A stretch of DNA of 64,000 bases from Burkholderiales bacterium (GTDB lineage: Bacteria; Bacillota; Clostridia; Christensenellales; SZUA-584): assembly GCA_050260375.1 (NCBI GenBank), contig JBLNCA010000006.1, forward strand, positions 128,250 through 192,249. The letters run 5' to 3'. The notes below the pieces were generated by a model. That model was given only the letters and a program-made list of their open reading frames with translations. It had not been told where the DNA came from and did not search any database. A program made the position numbers and the translations under genes. Shown here one piece after another: positions 29,674 to 39,403 of the stretch. Each line of letters begins with the position of its first letter. The first letter of the stretch is position 1.

Positions 29674-30177
29674 CTATATCATCAGCAGTGCGATAAGCAG
29701 GCCGGCAAGCATGCCGGACGTATTGTATAGCCTGCATTTCTTGCGTTTTTCCGTTTCCACTTCGCTTACGTAACCGGCGAGCAGCTTGATATATGCGCTC
29801 GACTGCCTTTCGCTCGGGTTCATGCACAGCGTTTCTATGGCGGCTCCTCCTGCGTATACTACGTTTAAGTCCTCTTTTGTGAGATACGACAGGTGAAGCT
29901 CGTCAAAGCAGCACTTCCAGATGCCCGCGAACGCCTTCTGCGGCGAGCTTTTAAGCATATGCGAGCAGCGCCGCAGGAATACGCCCAGTTCGCTGTCCCG
30001 AGGCGTTTCGAGCGCTTTATAGAGCTCGAGGTTCATGCCCGTTATCCTGTCGGAAATGTATATCAGCGACGACTGGTATTCCCTGAAAAACTCCAGCCTT
30101 TGCGCCGTCCTTTTTGAAAGCAGGCGCCCAATGTACGCGCAAAGCGCCACTACCAAAAGGCACGCAAGCAGCTTCAT
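29674..30177 (-). CDS. spoIIIAB: stage III sporulation protein AB
   Basis: 167 aa with N- and C-terminal TM helices flanking a helical domain. Assignment rests on its position in the operon. Confidence 0.85.
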   Translation of the reverse strand: MKLLACLLVVALCAYIGRLLSKRTAQRLEFFREYQSSLIYISDRITGMNLELYKALETPRDSELGVFLRRCSHMLKSSPQKAFAGIWKCCFDELHLSYLTKEDLNVVYAGGAAIETLCMNPSERQSSAYIKLLAGYVSEVETEKRKKCRLYNTSGMLAGLLIALLMI

Positions 30178-31160
30178 TTGTATTCCCCCTTCAGCCGGAA
30201 CGGCTCTTTCAATAATCCTTGTCCAAACCTGTCGTGTAGCTGCGCGACCGTTATCCTTCCCAACGCGGCAGACAATACGACATACGCGTCAAACAGCTTT
30301 TCGTCGAATAACTGCCTGAAAAACAGCCTTTTCAACAGGCACTCAAGGTCGGGAGCGTGTGCGGTGGTCACCATTACCACGCCCGCGTTGGTTACCTCGC
30401 GCATAGCCTCAAGGTCGGCGCTCTTGCCTATCTCGTCGGTGACTATTACGTCGGGAGACAGCGCGCGCAGCGCCATAAACACGCCCTCGTGCTTGGGCAC
30501 TCCCGATATAACGTCGGTCTCTGTTCCTACGTCGAACAGCGCCCGCCCGTAAACGCTTGCCGCAAGCTCCTGCCGCTCGTCGATAAGCGACACCTTGCAG
30601 GGGCTTAGCCCGTCGCCGCTTCCGGCGCTCCTTGCTATATCGCGCGCGAGCGTCGTCTTACCGAGCTTAGGCGCGGAGATAATAAGCGTGCTGAGCAAAC
30701 GCCCTTCTTCAGATATATATGGCAGCAACGCTTTTGATATGCCTGCGGTCTCCCTCGGTATGCGGAAATTGATGCCGTTTATGCTCTTATACGACTTAAC
30801 CGCGCCTGCCGATTGCACTGCGCTGCCCGCTATGCCCGCGCGTATGCCGCTGTTAAGCGTTAAAAAGCCCTGCCTTAAATCGTCCTCAAACGCGTACGCC
30901 GATTTGCCGGTTATCGCGCTGAACGTCTGCTCTATCTCCGCTTCGCTTATTATCATCCCGCCGCCGTCAAGCGAGCCGTCCGGGCTTACGCGGTAGCCTT
31001 TTTCGCATGTGTATACCATAAGCGGCTTTGCGGCGCGCAGCCGTATTTCTTCCGCTCGCGATGCGAAATCTTCGGCGATGTTTGAAAGCGCCGAGAATAT
31101 ACGCTCGGGAAGGTATTTTTCAAGAGCGTTTTTCCAATTCAATTTCATGTTAACGTTCAT
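30174..31160 (-). CDS. spoIIIAA: stage III sporulation protein AA (AAA+ ATPase)
   Basis: Walker A motif SAPKLGKTTLARD and Walker B motif VIVTDEIG. The track ORF (to 31253) has an implausible hydrophobic extension. The likely start is ATG 31160 or 31148. Confidence 0.88.
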   Translation of the reverse strand: MNVNMKLNWKNALEKYLPERIFSALSNIAEDFASRAEEIRLRAAKPLMVYTCEKGYRVSPDGSLDGGGMIISEAEIEQTFSAITGKSAYAFEDDLRQGFLTLNSGIRAGIAGSAVQSAGAVKSYKSINGINFRIPRETAGISKALLPYISEEGRLLSTLIISAPKLGKTTLARDIARSAGSGDGLSPCKVSLIDERQELAASVYGRALFDVGTETDVISGVPKHEGVFMALRALSPDVIVTDEIGKSADLEAMREVTNAGVVMVTTAHAPDLECLLKRLFFRQLFDEKLFDAYVVLSAALGRITVAQLHDRFGQGLLKEPFRLKGEYK

Positions 31161-31221
31161 GGTTAATGTATATGTATATAGTGAAGTGTTTATAACGAAA
31201 CGGTTCGACAGTAAAACTGAA

Positions 31222-31258
31222 CAAAAAAACAGCGTACAGACAAACGCCTGCACGCTGT
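31222..31258 (-). terminator. intrinsic terminator after leuD
   Basis: The minus strand reads ACAGCGTGCAG-GCGTTTGT-CTGTACGCTGT followed by TTTTTTTG. Confidence 0.75.
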
Positions 31259-31269
31259 ATAAGCTTCAA

Positions 31270-31746
31270 TCACTTTCCGGAGATATACCCTATAAGCCCG
31301 TTTGACTCGATTATCTTGCGCATGAACGGAGGGAACGGCTCGGCCTTTGAAGTTATCCCCTTGGTTATATTGCGTATTATGCCGTTCTCGAGGTCTACTT
31401 CCAGCTCGTCGCCGCTGTCGGCGCTTTTTACGGCATCCGGGCATTCGAGTATAGGCAAGCCTATGTTTATCGAGTTCCTGAAGAATATGCGCGCGAACGA
31501 ATTTGCAATGACGCAGTATATTCCCGACGCTTTTATCGCTATAGGCGCGTGCTCCCTTGAAGAGCCGCAGCCGAAGTTGTTTTCCGCGACTATGATGTCG
31601 CCCTTTCTTACAGTCTTTGAAAAGTCTGCGTCTATATCCTCCATGCAGTGGGATGCAAGCTCGCCCGGGTCGGACGTGTTAAGGTATCTTGCCGGTATTA
31701 TTACGTCGGTATCCACATTGCTGCCGTATTTATATACTTTGCCCAT
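31270..31746 (-). CDS. leuD: 3-isopropylmalate dehydratase small subunit
   Basis: 158 aa starting at ATG 31746 ([22 protein letters not shown]...). The longer track ORF (to 32121) overlaps leuC out of frame and is Arg/Gly-rich nonsense. Confidence 0.93.
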   Translation of the reverse strand: MGKVYKYGSNVDTDVIIPARYLNTSDPGELASHCMEDIDADFSKTVRKGDIIVAENNFGCGSSREHAPIAIKASGIYCVIANSFARIFFRNSINIGLPILECPDAVKSADSGDELEVDLENGIIRNITKGITSKAEPFPPFMRKIIESNGLIGYISGK

Positions 31747-31751
31747 ATTCG

Positions 31752-33017
31752 TTACCTCGCTATGTTCTCGGGATTTTCTATTCTGCCGGTAAGCGCGGAA
31801 GCCGCCGCCACAGCCGGGCTCGCGAGATATACCTCGGATTTTATATGCCCCATCCTGCCGACGAAGTTCCTGTTGGTGGTCGATACCGCCCTCTCGCCCG
31901 CCGCGAGTATGCCCATGTGGCCGCCGAGGCACGGCCCGCAGGTCGGCGTGGAGACCACGGCTCCCGCCTTGACGAAATCCGCTACTAGCCCTTCTTCCAG
32001 CGCCTGAAGGTATATTGCCTGCGTTCCGGGTATCACTATTGCCCTTACGCCTTTTTTGACCCGCTTGCCGCGCAGTATACCCGCCGCTATGCGCAGGTCG
32101 GTTATGCGCCCGTTGGTGCACGAGCCTATCACTACCTGGTCTATCTTTATATCGCCCACTTCGTCTATCGTTCTAGCGTTTTCGGGAAGGTGCGGGAACG
32201 CGACTGTGGGGCGCAGCGATGAGAGGTCTATCGTGATTACTCTTTCATACTCCGCGTCCTCGTCAGCCTCAAATACCTTATACGGCCTTGAAGAGTGCTC
32301 TTTTACATAGGAAACGGTCTGTTCGTCCACGGGGAATATGCCGTTTTTGGCGCCCGCCTCAATAGCCATGTTGCATACGGTGAACCTGTCGTCCATAGAA
32401 AGGCTGTTTATGCCGTCTCCCGCGAACTCCATAGATTTGTACAGCGCGCCGTCCACGCCTATAAGCCCTATTATATGGATTATCAGGTCTTTGCCCGACA
32501 CCCATTTCTGCGGCTTGCCGGTAAGCGCGAATTTTATTGCGGACGGCACCTTGAACCAGCATTTGCCTGTAGCCATTACCGCCGCGAGGTCTGTGCTTCC
32601 GACTCCGGTGGAAAAAGCGCCGAGCGCTCCGTAGGTGCACGTATGCGAATCCGCGCCGATTATCGCGTCTCCCGGCACGGCGAGGCCTTTTTCGGGTATG
32701 AGGCAGTGCTCTATGCCCATCTCGCCTATCTCAAAGTAGTTTGCAATCTGCTGCTCGCATGCGAACTCGCGCGTCATCCTGCACTGCTCGGCAGCCTTTA
32801 TATCCTTGTTGGGCGTGAAGTGGTCGGGGATCAAAGCCACTTTATTCTTGTCAAAAACGGCCTTCTTCCCCGTTTTTGCAAACTCCTTTATAGCCACGGG
32901 CGCGGTTATATCGTTGCCGAAAGCAAGGTCTATATCCGCCTCGATAAACTGCCCGGCGTGCACTTCGGAAAGCCCCGACTTAAACGCAAGTATTTTTTGT
33001 GTTATCGTCATCCCCAT
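31752..33017 (-). CDS. leuC: 3-isopropylmalate dehydratase large subunit
   Basis: 421 aa of the aconitase family with Fe-S ligand motifs ([24 protein letters not shown]). Confidence 0.96.
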   Translation of the reverse strand: MGMTITQKILAFKSGLSEVHAGQFIEADIDLAFGNDITAPVAIKEFAKTGKKAVFDKNKVALIPDHFTPNKDIKAAEQCRMTREFACEQQIANYFEIGEMGIEHCLIPEKGLAVPGDAIIGADSHTCTYGALGAFSTGVGSTDLAAVMATGKCWFKVPSAIKFALTGKPQKWVSGKDLIIHIIGLIGVDGALYKSMEFAGDGINSLSMDDRFTVCNMAIEAGAKNGIFPVDEQTVSYVKEHSSRPYKVFEADEDAEYERVITIDLSSLRPTVAFPHLPENARTIDEVGDIKIDQVVIGSCTNGRITDLRIAAGILRGKRVKKGVRAIVIPGTQAIYLQALEEGLVADFVKAGAVVSTPTCGPCLGGHMGILAAGERAVSTTNRNFVGRMGHIKSEVYLASPAVAAASALTGRIENPENIAR

Positions 33018-33021
33018 GCTT

Positions 33022-34539
33022 TTAGCCCTCCAGCTTTGTTTCGTAGCAGTACCTGTTTATCGCGTCGATATACGCCCTGACGCTCGCTTCGACTATATCG
33101 GTGGAAAGTCCGCGGCCCCTCACCTTCTTGCCGTCCTTATCCAGTTTTACCACTACTTCGCCCTGAGCGTCCTTGCCGCCCGTTACCGAGCGGACTATAT
33201 AGTCGTCCAGCTTAAAGCTTAAGCCGGTGCACCGCTCTATCGCGTTAAAGGAAGCGTCCACAGGCCCGTCGCCTGTCGCGGCTTCTTCGAGCACTTCGTC
33301 TCCGTGCAGCAGCTTTACTACGGCTGTAGACGTCATCTTGTTGCCGCTGTTAATAACGAACGCGTCGAATACATATTCGCTGGGCACGGTGAACGCGTCG
33401 TGCTCCACAAGCGCCCTTAAGTCCATGTCCGATACGTCCTTTTTCCTGTCAGCAAGCTGCTTGAACTTCTCGAAATAGTATTCGAGCTTTTCTTCATCCG
33501 GCATGAACCCTAAGGACTTAAGCCGCTCTTCAAACGCGTGCTTGCCCGAATGCTTGCCCAGCACTATAGTATTCGCGGGCAGGCCGATGGATTCCGGTGT
33601 CATTATCTCATATGTCTTTTTATTTGCCAACACTCCATGCTGGTGTATGCCCGCCTCGTGTGCAAAAGCGTTTGCGCCTACGACGGCTTTGTTGGGCTGC
33701 ACGGACACGCCGGTGATGGCGGATACGAGGCGCGAAGCGTTGTATATCTGCCGCGTGTCTATATTTGTAGTGTAATCATAAAGGTCGCGCCGCGTTGCTA
33801 TAGCCATGACTACCTCTTCGAGCGCAGCGTTGCCCGCCCTCTCGCCTATTCCGTTTATCGTGCACTCTACCTGGTCTACGCCCGCGCGCACCGCAGCGAG
33901 CGTATTGGCGACGGCAAGGCCCAAGTCGTTATGGCAATGCACGGAAATATCAACCTTCTCTATGCCGCGCACATTGTTCTTTATGCCCAAAATGAGCTCG
34001 TAGAATTCCTCGGGAGTCGAGTAGCCTACCGTATCGGGAATGTTTATGCATGTAGCGCCCGCTTTTATTACGCCTTCAAACACCCTGTAGAGGAAACCGG
34101 GCTCGCTTCGCGACGCGTCTTCCGCCGAGAACTCTACATCCGGGCAAAGGTTTCTCGCGTATTTAACCATATTTACCGCCTGCGCAAGCACGTCGTCGGG
34201 GCTCATCTTCAACTTATACTGCATGTGTATAGGCGACGTCGCGATAAACGTGTGAATCCTTGGCAGCTTTGCGTTTTTAACGGCTTCCCACGAGCGGTCT
34301 ATATCTTTTTCAAGAGCGCGCGAAAGGCTTGCGACGCACGTATCCTTTACGGCCTCGGCGATCGTTTTGACGGAGATGAAGTCTCCGGGCGATGCTATCG
34401 CAAACCCTGCCTCGATAACGTCGACTTTAAGCTTTTCAAGCTGGTGCGCGACCTCTATCTTTTCCTGCAGGTTCATGCTGCATCCCGGCGACTGTTCGCC
34501 GTCTCTGAGCGTTGTGTCGAAAATCTTGATGGTTTTCAT
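33022..34539 (-). CDS. leuA: 2-isopropylmalate synthase
   Basis: N-terminus [14 protein letters not shown], an HxH motif ([13 protein letters not shown]) and a LeuA dimerisation/regulatory C-terminus. The start is placed at ATG 34539 with an AAAGGAGA SD. Confidence 0.96.
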   Translation of the reverse strand: MKTIKIFDTTLRDGEQSPGCSMNLQEKIEVAHQLEKLKVDVIEAGFAIASPGDFISVKTIAEAVKDTCVASLSRALEKDIDRSWEAVKNAKLPRIHTFIATSPIHMQYKLKMSPDDVLAQAVNMVKYARNLCPDVEFSAEDASRSEPGFLYRVFEGVIKAGATCINIPDTVGYSTPEEFYELILGIKNNVRGIEKVDISVHCHNDLGLAVANTLAAVRAGVDQVECTINGIGERAGNAALEEVVMAIATRRDLYDYTTNIDTRQIYNASRLVSAITGVSVQPNKAVVGANAFAHEAGIHQHGVLANKKTYEIMTPESIGLPANTIVLGKHSGKHAFEERLKSLGFMPDEEKLEYYFEKFKQLADRKKDVSDMDLRALVEHDAFTVPSEYVFDAFVINSGNKMTSTAVVKLLHGDEVLEEAATGDGPVDASFNAIERCTGLSFKLDDYIVRSVTGGKDAQGEVVVKLDKDGKKVRGRGLSTDIVEASVRAYIDAINRYCYETKLEG

Positions 34540-34599
34540 GATCAATCTCCTTTATTTTTTATTCAGGCTGATCGTGACGAGAAGCACCTTTCCGGGTAA

Positions 34600-34896
34600 A
34601 TAAAAAAGCCCTTCGTCTTTACAGAGACGAAAGACCCGCGGTACCACTCTGCTTGCGGCAAATAAAGCCGCCAGCTTATCAGGGCACAACATGATGCCCG
34701 TACTCGTGTAACGTTGAGTCACGACGTCTGCACTTAATATCGCGCCCCCGAGTCGTAAGACTTTTTGGAGGTAAAAACATTCGGCACAGCAGCTTCGGAG
34801 CGAGCTTCACCGGGTTTTGTTTGCCGCCTTTCACCGATACGGCGGCTCTCTGGAAAACAAAATGGCCGATTACTGTTCTCCATCACAGCCTTTAGT
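34600..34896 (-). promoter_or_regulatory. T-box riboswitch leader, probable Leu (CUC) specifier
   Basis: The minus-strand RNA has a K-turn (UGAUGGAG / CUCCGAAG), an AG bulge CCAGAGAG and a distal loop GGUGAAA. It has a specifier-loop CUC followed by G (34805-34803) and a T-box core AGAGUGGUACCGCGGG (34650-34635). A terminator hairpin plus U6 lies at 34637-34602. Confidence 0.85.
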
Positions 34897-34902
34897 TAAC
34901 GT

Positions 34903-34932
34903 ATTATAATTCACGTACAAGCTGCCTGTCAA
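34903..34932 (-). promoter_or_regulatory. sigma-A-type promoter candidate for the leu operon
   Basis: The minus strand has TTGACA (34932-34927), an 18-nt spacer, then TATAAT (34908-34903). Confidence 0.5.
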
Positions 34933-35003
34933 TATATAATATCGTTTATTTTTTCAAACATATTCAGTAAAATTACTTTAACTGCGGTTTTGATACCGGC
35001 AAA

Positions 35004-35040
35004 GCGAAGAAAAGCCGCGCGGCAACGCCCGCGCGGCTTT
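35004..35040 (-). terminator. intrinsic terminator after hppA
   Basis: The minus strand reads AAAGCCGCGCGGG-CGTTG-CCGCGCGGCTTTTCTTCGCTTTG. Confidence 0.75.
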
Positions 35041-35072
35041 ATGCTTGTCCCAAAACACTAAACGGTTATTGA

Positions 35073-37163
35073 TTACAGAAGATGTACGTTGACGATAAGG
35101 CCGGCAAAAACTATGGATACCATCGACAACAGCTTGATGAGTATGTTTATCGACGGTCCGGACGTATCCTTGAACGGGTCGCCTACGGTATCGCCGACAA
35201 CAGCCGCCTTGTGGGCGTCGCTGCCCTTGCCGCCTAATGCGCCGCTTTCAATGTACTTCTTGGCGTTGTCCCATGAACCGCCCGAGTTTGCCATCATTAT
35301 AGCCATAATGAATCCGGTTACCGTAGCGCCCGCGAGCATCGCTGCTACTGCGTTAACGCCGAGTATAAGGCCTGTGGCTATCGGGAAGATTATAGCCGTC
35401 ATCGCGGGAAGCACCATTTCCCTCTGCGCCGATTTTGTGCAGATTTTTACGCACTGGGCGTAATCAGGTTCGGCTTTGCCTTCCATAAGCCCGACTATCT
35501 CTTTGAACTGGCGCCTTACCTCAACGACTATGCTCTGAGCGGCGCGGCCGACAGCGCTCATCGTAAGTGAGGCAAAAAGGAACGGAAGCAGTCCGCCTAT
35601 GAACAGGCCGGTAAGCACGGCCGGATTAAGAAGATCAAGGTTGAAAACGAAATCCGGCTTAATTAGCTTGACTTCGCTGACGAACGCGGCTATAAGCGCG
35701 AGAGCCGTAAGCGCAGCGGAACCAATCGCGAATCCCTTGCCCGTTGCGGCAGTAGTGTTGCCGAGCGAGTCGAGAGCGTCGGTGCGCGTGCGCACTTCGG
35801 GGTCCATGTGGCTCATTTCGGCTATGCCGCCCGCGTTATCGGCAACAGGGCCGTATGCGTCGGTAGCTAGCGTAATGCCGAGCGTGGAAAGCATACCCAC
35901 CGCGGAAAGTCCTATGCCGAAAAGGCCCATGTTGAAGTTGGCAGAGCCGCCCGATACAAAGAACGAGACAAGCACCGAAGCGCCGACTATCAGCACCGGC
36001 AGCAGCGTGGATATCATGCCGACGGAAAGACCGCCGATTATAACTGTAGCCGGGCCGGTCTTTGCGGATTCCGCAACGGTTTTCGTAGGTTTATACGTAT
36101 CAGACGTATAGTATTCGGTTAAGAAGCCAATGAGGTTGCCTGCGATTAAACCGGACAGTATCGCAAAGAATATGCCGATCTTATCCCAGCCGAATATGAA
36201 GTACACGAGCAGGAATGCAACTATGGCTATAAGCACCGTGCTGAAATATACGCCCCTGCGAAGAGCCGAGAGCAGCACCTTCTGCTCCGCCTTTTCGCCC
36301 GAACGTACGAAGAACGTGCCTATAATCGAAGCGAGTATGCCTATCGCAGCCATAGCCATCGGTATAACGACGCCGCTTATATTAAGGCCTGCCGCGACGG
36401 CAAGCGAAGCGGTGGAAACGATGGAACCAACATAAGACTCATAAAGGTCGGCGCCCATGCCCGCAACGTCGCCCACGTTGTCGCCTACGTTGTCGGCAAT
36501 AACGGCGGGGTTGCGCGGGTCGTCTTCCGGTATGCCGGCTTCTACTTTACCAACAAGGTCGGCGCCTACGTCGGCAGCCTTCGTGAATATGCCGCCGCCT
36601 ACGCGCGCGAACAGCGCCATCGAAGAAGCGCCCATACCAAAGGTAAGCATCGCGGACGTTATGTTTGTTATGCCGTCGGCTGTCGTGGGGTTATACCATA
36701 TCTGGAGAAAATAATACCAGATAGAGAGGTCTAAGAGCCCCAAGCCGACAACGGTGAATCCCATAACGCCGCCCGCCGAGAACGCGACCCGAAGGCCTTT
36801 GTTAAGGCTCTGGCTCGCGGCAAATGCCGTGCGCGAGTTAGAGGATGTAGCCATGTTCATACCGACAAATCCGGACAAGCCCGAGAAGAATCCGCCTGTC
36901 AGGAATGCAAAAGGTACGAAACGATTCAAAAGGTTAAATCCAAAAGACAGCACCAGCAGAACTACGAACATTCCGGCAAAAAAAATACCGACAACACTGT
37001 ACTGTCTTTTCAGGTAAGCCTTTGCGCCGGTTTTGATTGCGTTGGAGATTTTCGTCATGAGCTCGGTGCCCGTGGAGAATTGTTTGACTCTCCAAGACAG
37101 GAACACTGCGAAAAGCAGCGAAACCACAGCACCAATGGGTGCTATAATCATTAAGTTTTCCAT
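35073..37163 (-). CDS. hppA: membrane-bound ion-translocating pyrophosphatase
   Basis: 696 aa and polytopic. It has conserved M-PPase motifs (GGGIFTKAADVGADLVGKVE, DNVGDNVGD, DAYGPVADNAGG, GDTVGDPFKD). Confidence 0.95.
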   Translation of the reverse strand: MENLMIIAPIGAVVSLLFAVFLSWRVKQFSTGTELMTKISNAIKTGAKAYLKRQYSVVGIFFAGMFVVLLVLSFGFNLLNRFVPFAFLTGGFFSGLSGFVGMNMATSSNSRTAFAASQSLNKGLRVAFSAGGVMGFTVVGLGLLDLSIWYYFLQIWYNPTTADGITNITSAMLTFGMGASSMALFARVGGGIFTKAADVGADLVGKVEAGIPEDDPRNPAVIADNVGDNVGDVAGMGADLYESYVGSIVSTASLAVAAGLNISGVVIPMAMAAIGILASIIGTFFVRSGEKAEQKVLLSALRRGVYFSTVLIAIVAFLLVYFIFGWDKIGIFFAILSGLIAGNLIGFLTEYYTSDTYKPTKTVAESAKTGPATVIIGGLSVGMISTLLPVLIVGASVLVSFFVSGGSANFNMGLFGIGLSAVGMLSTLGITLATDAYGPVADNAGGIAEMSHMDPEVRTRTDALDSLGNTTAATGKGFAIGSAALTALALIAAFVSEVKLIKPDFVFNLDLLNPAVLTGLFIGGLLPFLFASLTMSAVGRAAQSIVVEVRRQFKEIVGLMEGKAEPDYAQCVKICTKSAQREMVLPAMTAIIFPIATGLILGVNAVAAMLAGATVTGFIMAIMMANSGGSWDNAKKYIESGALGGKGSDAHKAAVVGDTVGDPFKDTSGPSINILIKLLSMVSIVFAGLIVNVHLL

Positions 37164-37288
37164 AATACCTCCTCCAAAAAAAATTAATATATAAACACAC
37201 GGTTTATATCAAAACCAGGCCGGAAGAATCCTTATAATACCAAGGGATATTGCAATCCCAACTTTCCCCCATTTTACTGATTGTACAC

Positions 37289-37317
37289 ATAATATACAAT
37301 ATTTTTGGTAGATGCAA
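37289..37317 (-). promoter_or_regulatory. sigma-A-type promoter candidate for hppA
   Basis: The minus strand has TTGCAT (37317-37312), a 17-nt spacer, then TATTAT (37294-37289). Confidence 0.4.
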
Positions 37318-37352
37318 GTATATAAGTTTAAGAATTCTTTACGATTCGGTAA

Positions 37353-38336
37353 CTATTTCATAATAACTTTATAACCTGCACTGCTCCATTTGCCGCACCG
37401 GTCGCCCCAATTGGCCACCGGCAGCCCGTTTTGCCTTATTTGTACCACCTCGCACAGATTAGTGCAACCGCTGCATTCGAAGTTGCTTGACGTATAATCG
37501 TTGTTTACGCAGCCAAAACCATAAAAGTTAGTTTTTCTGCCAGAATTCCTTATTTCTTCGCGCGCCAGCAGCGCCGCGCCTATAGCTCCCATCACGTCGT
37601 AATACCTCGGGATTATTACGCTCTTACCCAGCGCCCTTTCAAAAGCCGCCGACATGCCGACGTTTGCCGCAACGCCGCCCTGGAACACAATAGGCTCGGG
37701 TATCTCCTTATTCTTTGCAAGGTTATTCAAGAAATTACGTACGAGCGCCTCGCACAGCCCCGCAATTATATCCTCATTGCTATGGCCCGCCTGCTGTTTT
37801 GAGATCATGTCGGATTCGGCAAATACCGCGCACCGCCCCGCTATCCTTACAGGGCACTTGGAGCGCACCGCGTAGCTGCCGAACTCCTCTATCGGTATCT
37901 CAAGCCGCGAAGCCTGCCTGTCAAGGAACGATCCCGTACCCGCCGCGCACACCGTATTCATCGCAAAACCGGTCACAATTCCGTCGTTTAAAAATATTAT
38001 CTTCGAGTCCTGCCCTCCTATCTCGATTATCGTACGCACTTCGGGCACCATACGGCAGGCGGCCGCCGCATGAGCGGTTATCTCGTTTTTGATGATGTCC
38101 GCGCCGACAATGGCGCTTGCCAGCTGCCGCCCGCTGCCCGTCGCGCCCACGGCAGTTATTGCTGCGCCCCGATGCGCAGCGGCCAGCGCCGACAGCCCTT
38201 TTAAAATAGCGTCAATAGGCCGCCCGCTCGTCCTTAGGTATATTTTCTCTATTACGCTGTCTTCCTCGTCCAGCAGCACAAGGTTTGTGCTTACCGAACC
38301 CACATCAAGCCCCAAACTGCAATGCTTACTCAACAA
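37353..38336 (-). CDS. BadF/BadG/BcrA/BcrD-type ATPase (2-hydroxyacyl-CoA dehydratase activator-like)
   Basis: 327 aa with ASKHA phosphate motifs (LGLDVGSVSTN, IEIGGQDSK, GGVAAN). It has the two cluster-ligand Cys contexts of HgdC-type activators (NTVCAAGTGSF, GRCAVFAESD). An extra Cys-rich tail reads CSGCTNLCEV...WGDRCGKW. Confidence 0.82.
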   Translation of the reverse strand: MLSKHCSLGLDVGSVSTNLVLLDEEDSVIEKIYLRTSGRPIDAILKGLSALAAAHRGAAITAVGATGSGRQLASAIVGADIIKNEITAHAAAACRMVPEVRTIIEIGGQDSKIIFLNDGIVTGFAMNTVCAAGTGSFLDRQASRLEIPIEEFGSYAVRSKCPVRIAGRCAVFAESDMISKQQAGHSNEDIIAGLCEALVRNFLNNLAKNKEIPEPIVFQGGVAANVGMSAAFERALGKSVIIPRYYDVMGAIGAALLAREEIRNSGRKTNFYGFGCVNNDYTSSNFECSGCTNLCEVVQIRQNGLPVANWGDRCGKWSSAGYKVIMK

Positions 38337-39403
38337 AGCGCTCCTTTTTTCCGTTTTGATTCGAGCATATCCAAAAATGCTTCTATACGGGTAACATACC
38401 CTGAGTCCCCCGTCATCTCGTCCATTACCAATGACAGTACGGGGAAGTTAAGGCTATTGCTTAAAGCAGGCAGCACGGATTTTGTGACGACCTCGGGCAT
38501 GCAGCCCAGCGGGAATATCTGTATCGCGCCGTCAAACTTTTTTCTCTGTGAAAGCACCGCGTGCGCTACGGTTTCTCTGCCGTGCCCTCCCACTCCGAAC
38601 GGAAGGTATTTTTTCGAAGCATACCGCACGCGGGGCGAATTCAGCTTAACCGGCTTTAATACAAGGTCCCGAAGCCACCAGCTCGGAGTAATAAGCCTTG
38701 AGGAGCAAACGCCGTAATCCATCAGCCGCTCCTCTATATAAAGGTTTGAAAACGGCTCTATCATTGAATATATTTCGCCTATTAAGGCTATCTTCAAAGG
38801 CCTTTTGCCGCTGTCAAGCGGGATTTGGTCAAGCTTTTTTCTATAGCGCAGAAGAGCTTTTTTTATGGCGGCGGGGTCCGTGTAGCCGTACACCTCGTTT
38901 TCACATGCCTTTAATAGCCTTTTGCACTCGCCTTTTTTTGATTCGTATCCAGCGTAAATGTGCGCCTTTGCGTCTATCGAATCGGCAAGCGAGAGTATAT
39001 CAAGCGCTTGCTTTACCGCTTTGATTTTTGCCGTTTTGCTTAAAGCGCTGCGCCGCGATATTTTCTTTATCCTGCTCCACAGCACGTCTGCGCCTATGCT
39101 GGTCGGAGAATCGACAACTATCATATCCGCATTGAGCCCCAGCTTCTTTAAAAGCGTCATCTGTACCTCGCAGTACTCGCCGAACCTGCACGGCCCGCAG
39201 CTTCCCGTTATAAGTATAGTATCCGCGCCGCGCTCAATGCTCTCTACATAGTTGCCCATCATAACCTTAAAAGGCAGGCATATCTCCTCGGGCGACAGAA
39301 AAGAACCTCTTTGCAGCGTCAGTTTGTTATTCTTTTCGGGAAGTACGTACGGTATGCGCAAACCGTCAAACAACGCTTTGGCCGCAAGGCAGGCGTTGCC
39401 CAT
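38330..39403 (-). CDS. acyl-CoA dehydratase activase-related protein (DUF2229-like)
   Basis: About 357 aa from ATG 39403 (the track uses TTG 39424). Motifs include EEICLPFKVMMGNY and GSCGPCRFGEY. The C-terminus EAFLDMLES parallels the upstream paralogue (EAFADMLKR). Confidence 0.65.
   Translation of the reverse strand: MGNACLAAKALFDGLRIPYVLPEKNNKLTLQRGSFLSPEEICLPFKVMMGNYVESIERGADTILITGSCGPCRFGEYCEVQMTLLKKLGLNADMIVVDSPTSIGADVLWSRIKKISRRSALSKTAKIKAVKQALDILSLADSIDAKAHIYAGYESKKGECKRLLKACENEVYGYTDPAAIKKALLRYRKKLDQIPLDSGKRPLKIALIGEIYSMIEPFSNLYIEERLMDYGVCSSRLITPSWWLRDLVLKPVKLNSPRVRYASKKYLPFGVGGHGRETVAHAVLSQRKKFDGAIQIFPLGCMPEVVTKSVLPALSNSLNFPVLSLVMDEMTGDSGYVTRIEAFLDMLESKRKKGALC

Noticed and set aside
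31747-32121. N-terminal 125-aa extension of the leuD ORF in the track (31270-32121).
   Set aside because: The extension overlaps leuC in another frame and is Arg/Gly-rich nonsense. A canonical LeuD N-terminus ([14 protein letters not shown]) starts at ATG 31746, 5 nt after the leuC stop.
33538-34599. 353-aa plus-strand ORF antisense to leuA.
   Set aside because: It is a shadow ORF. It runs through the leuA start and into the T-box terminator, and it has no motifs.
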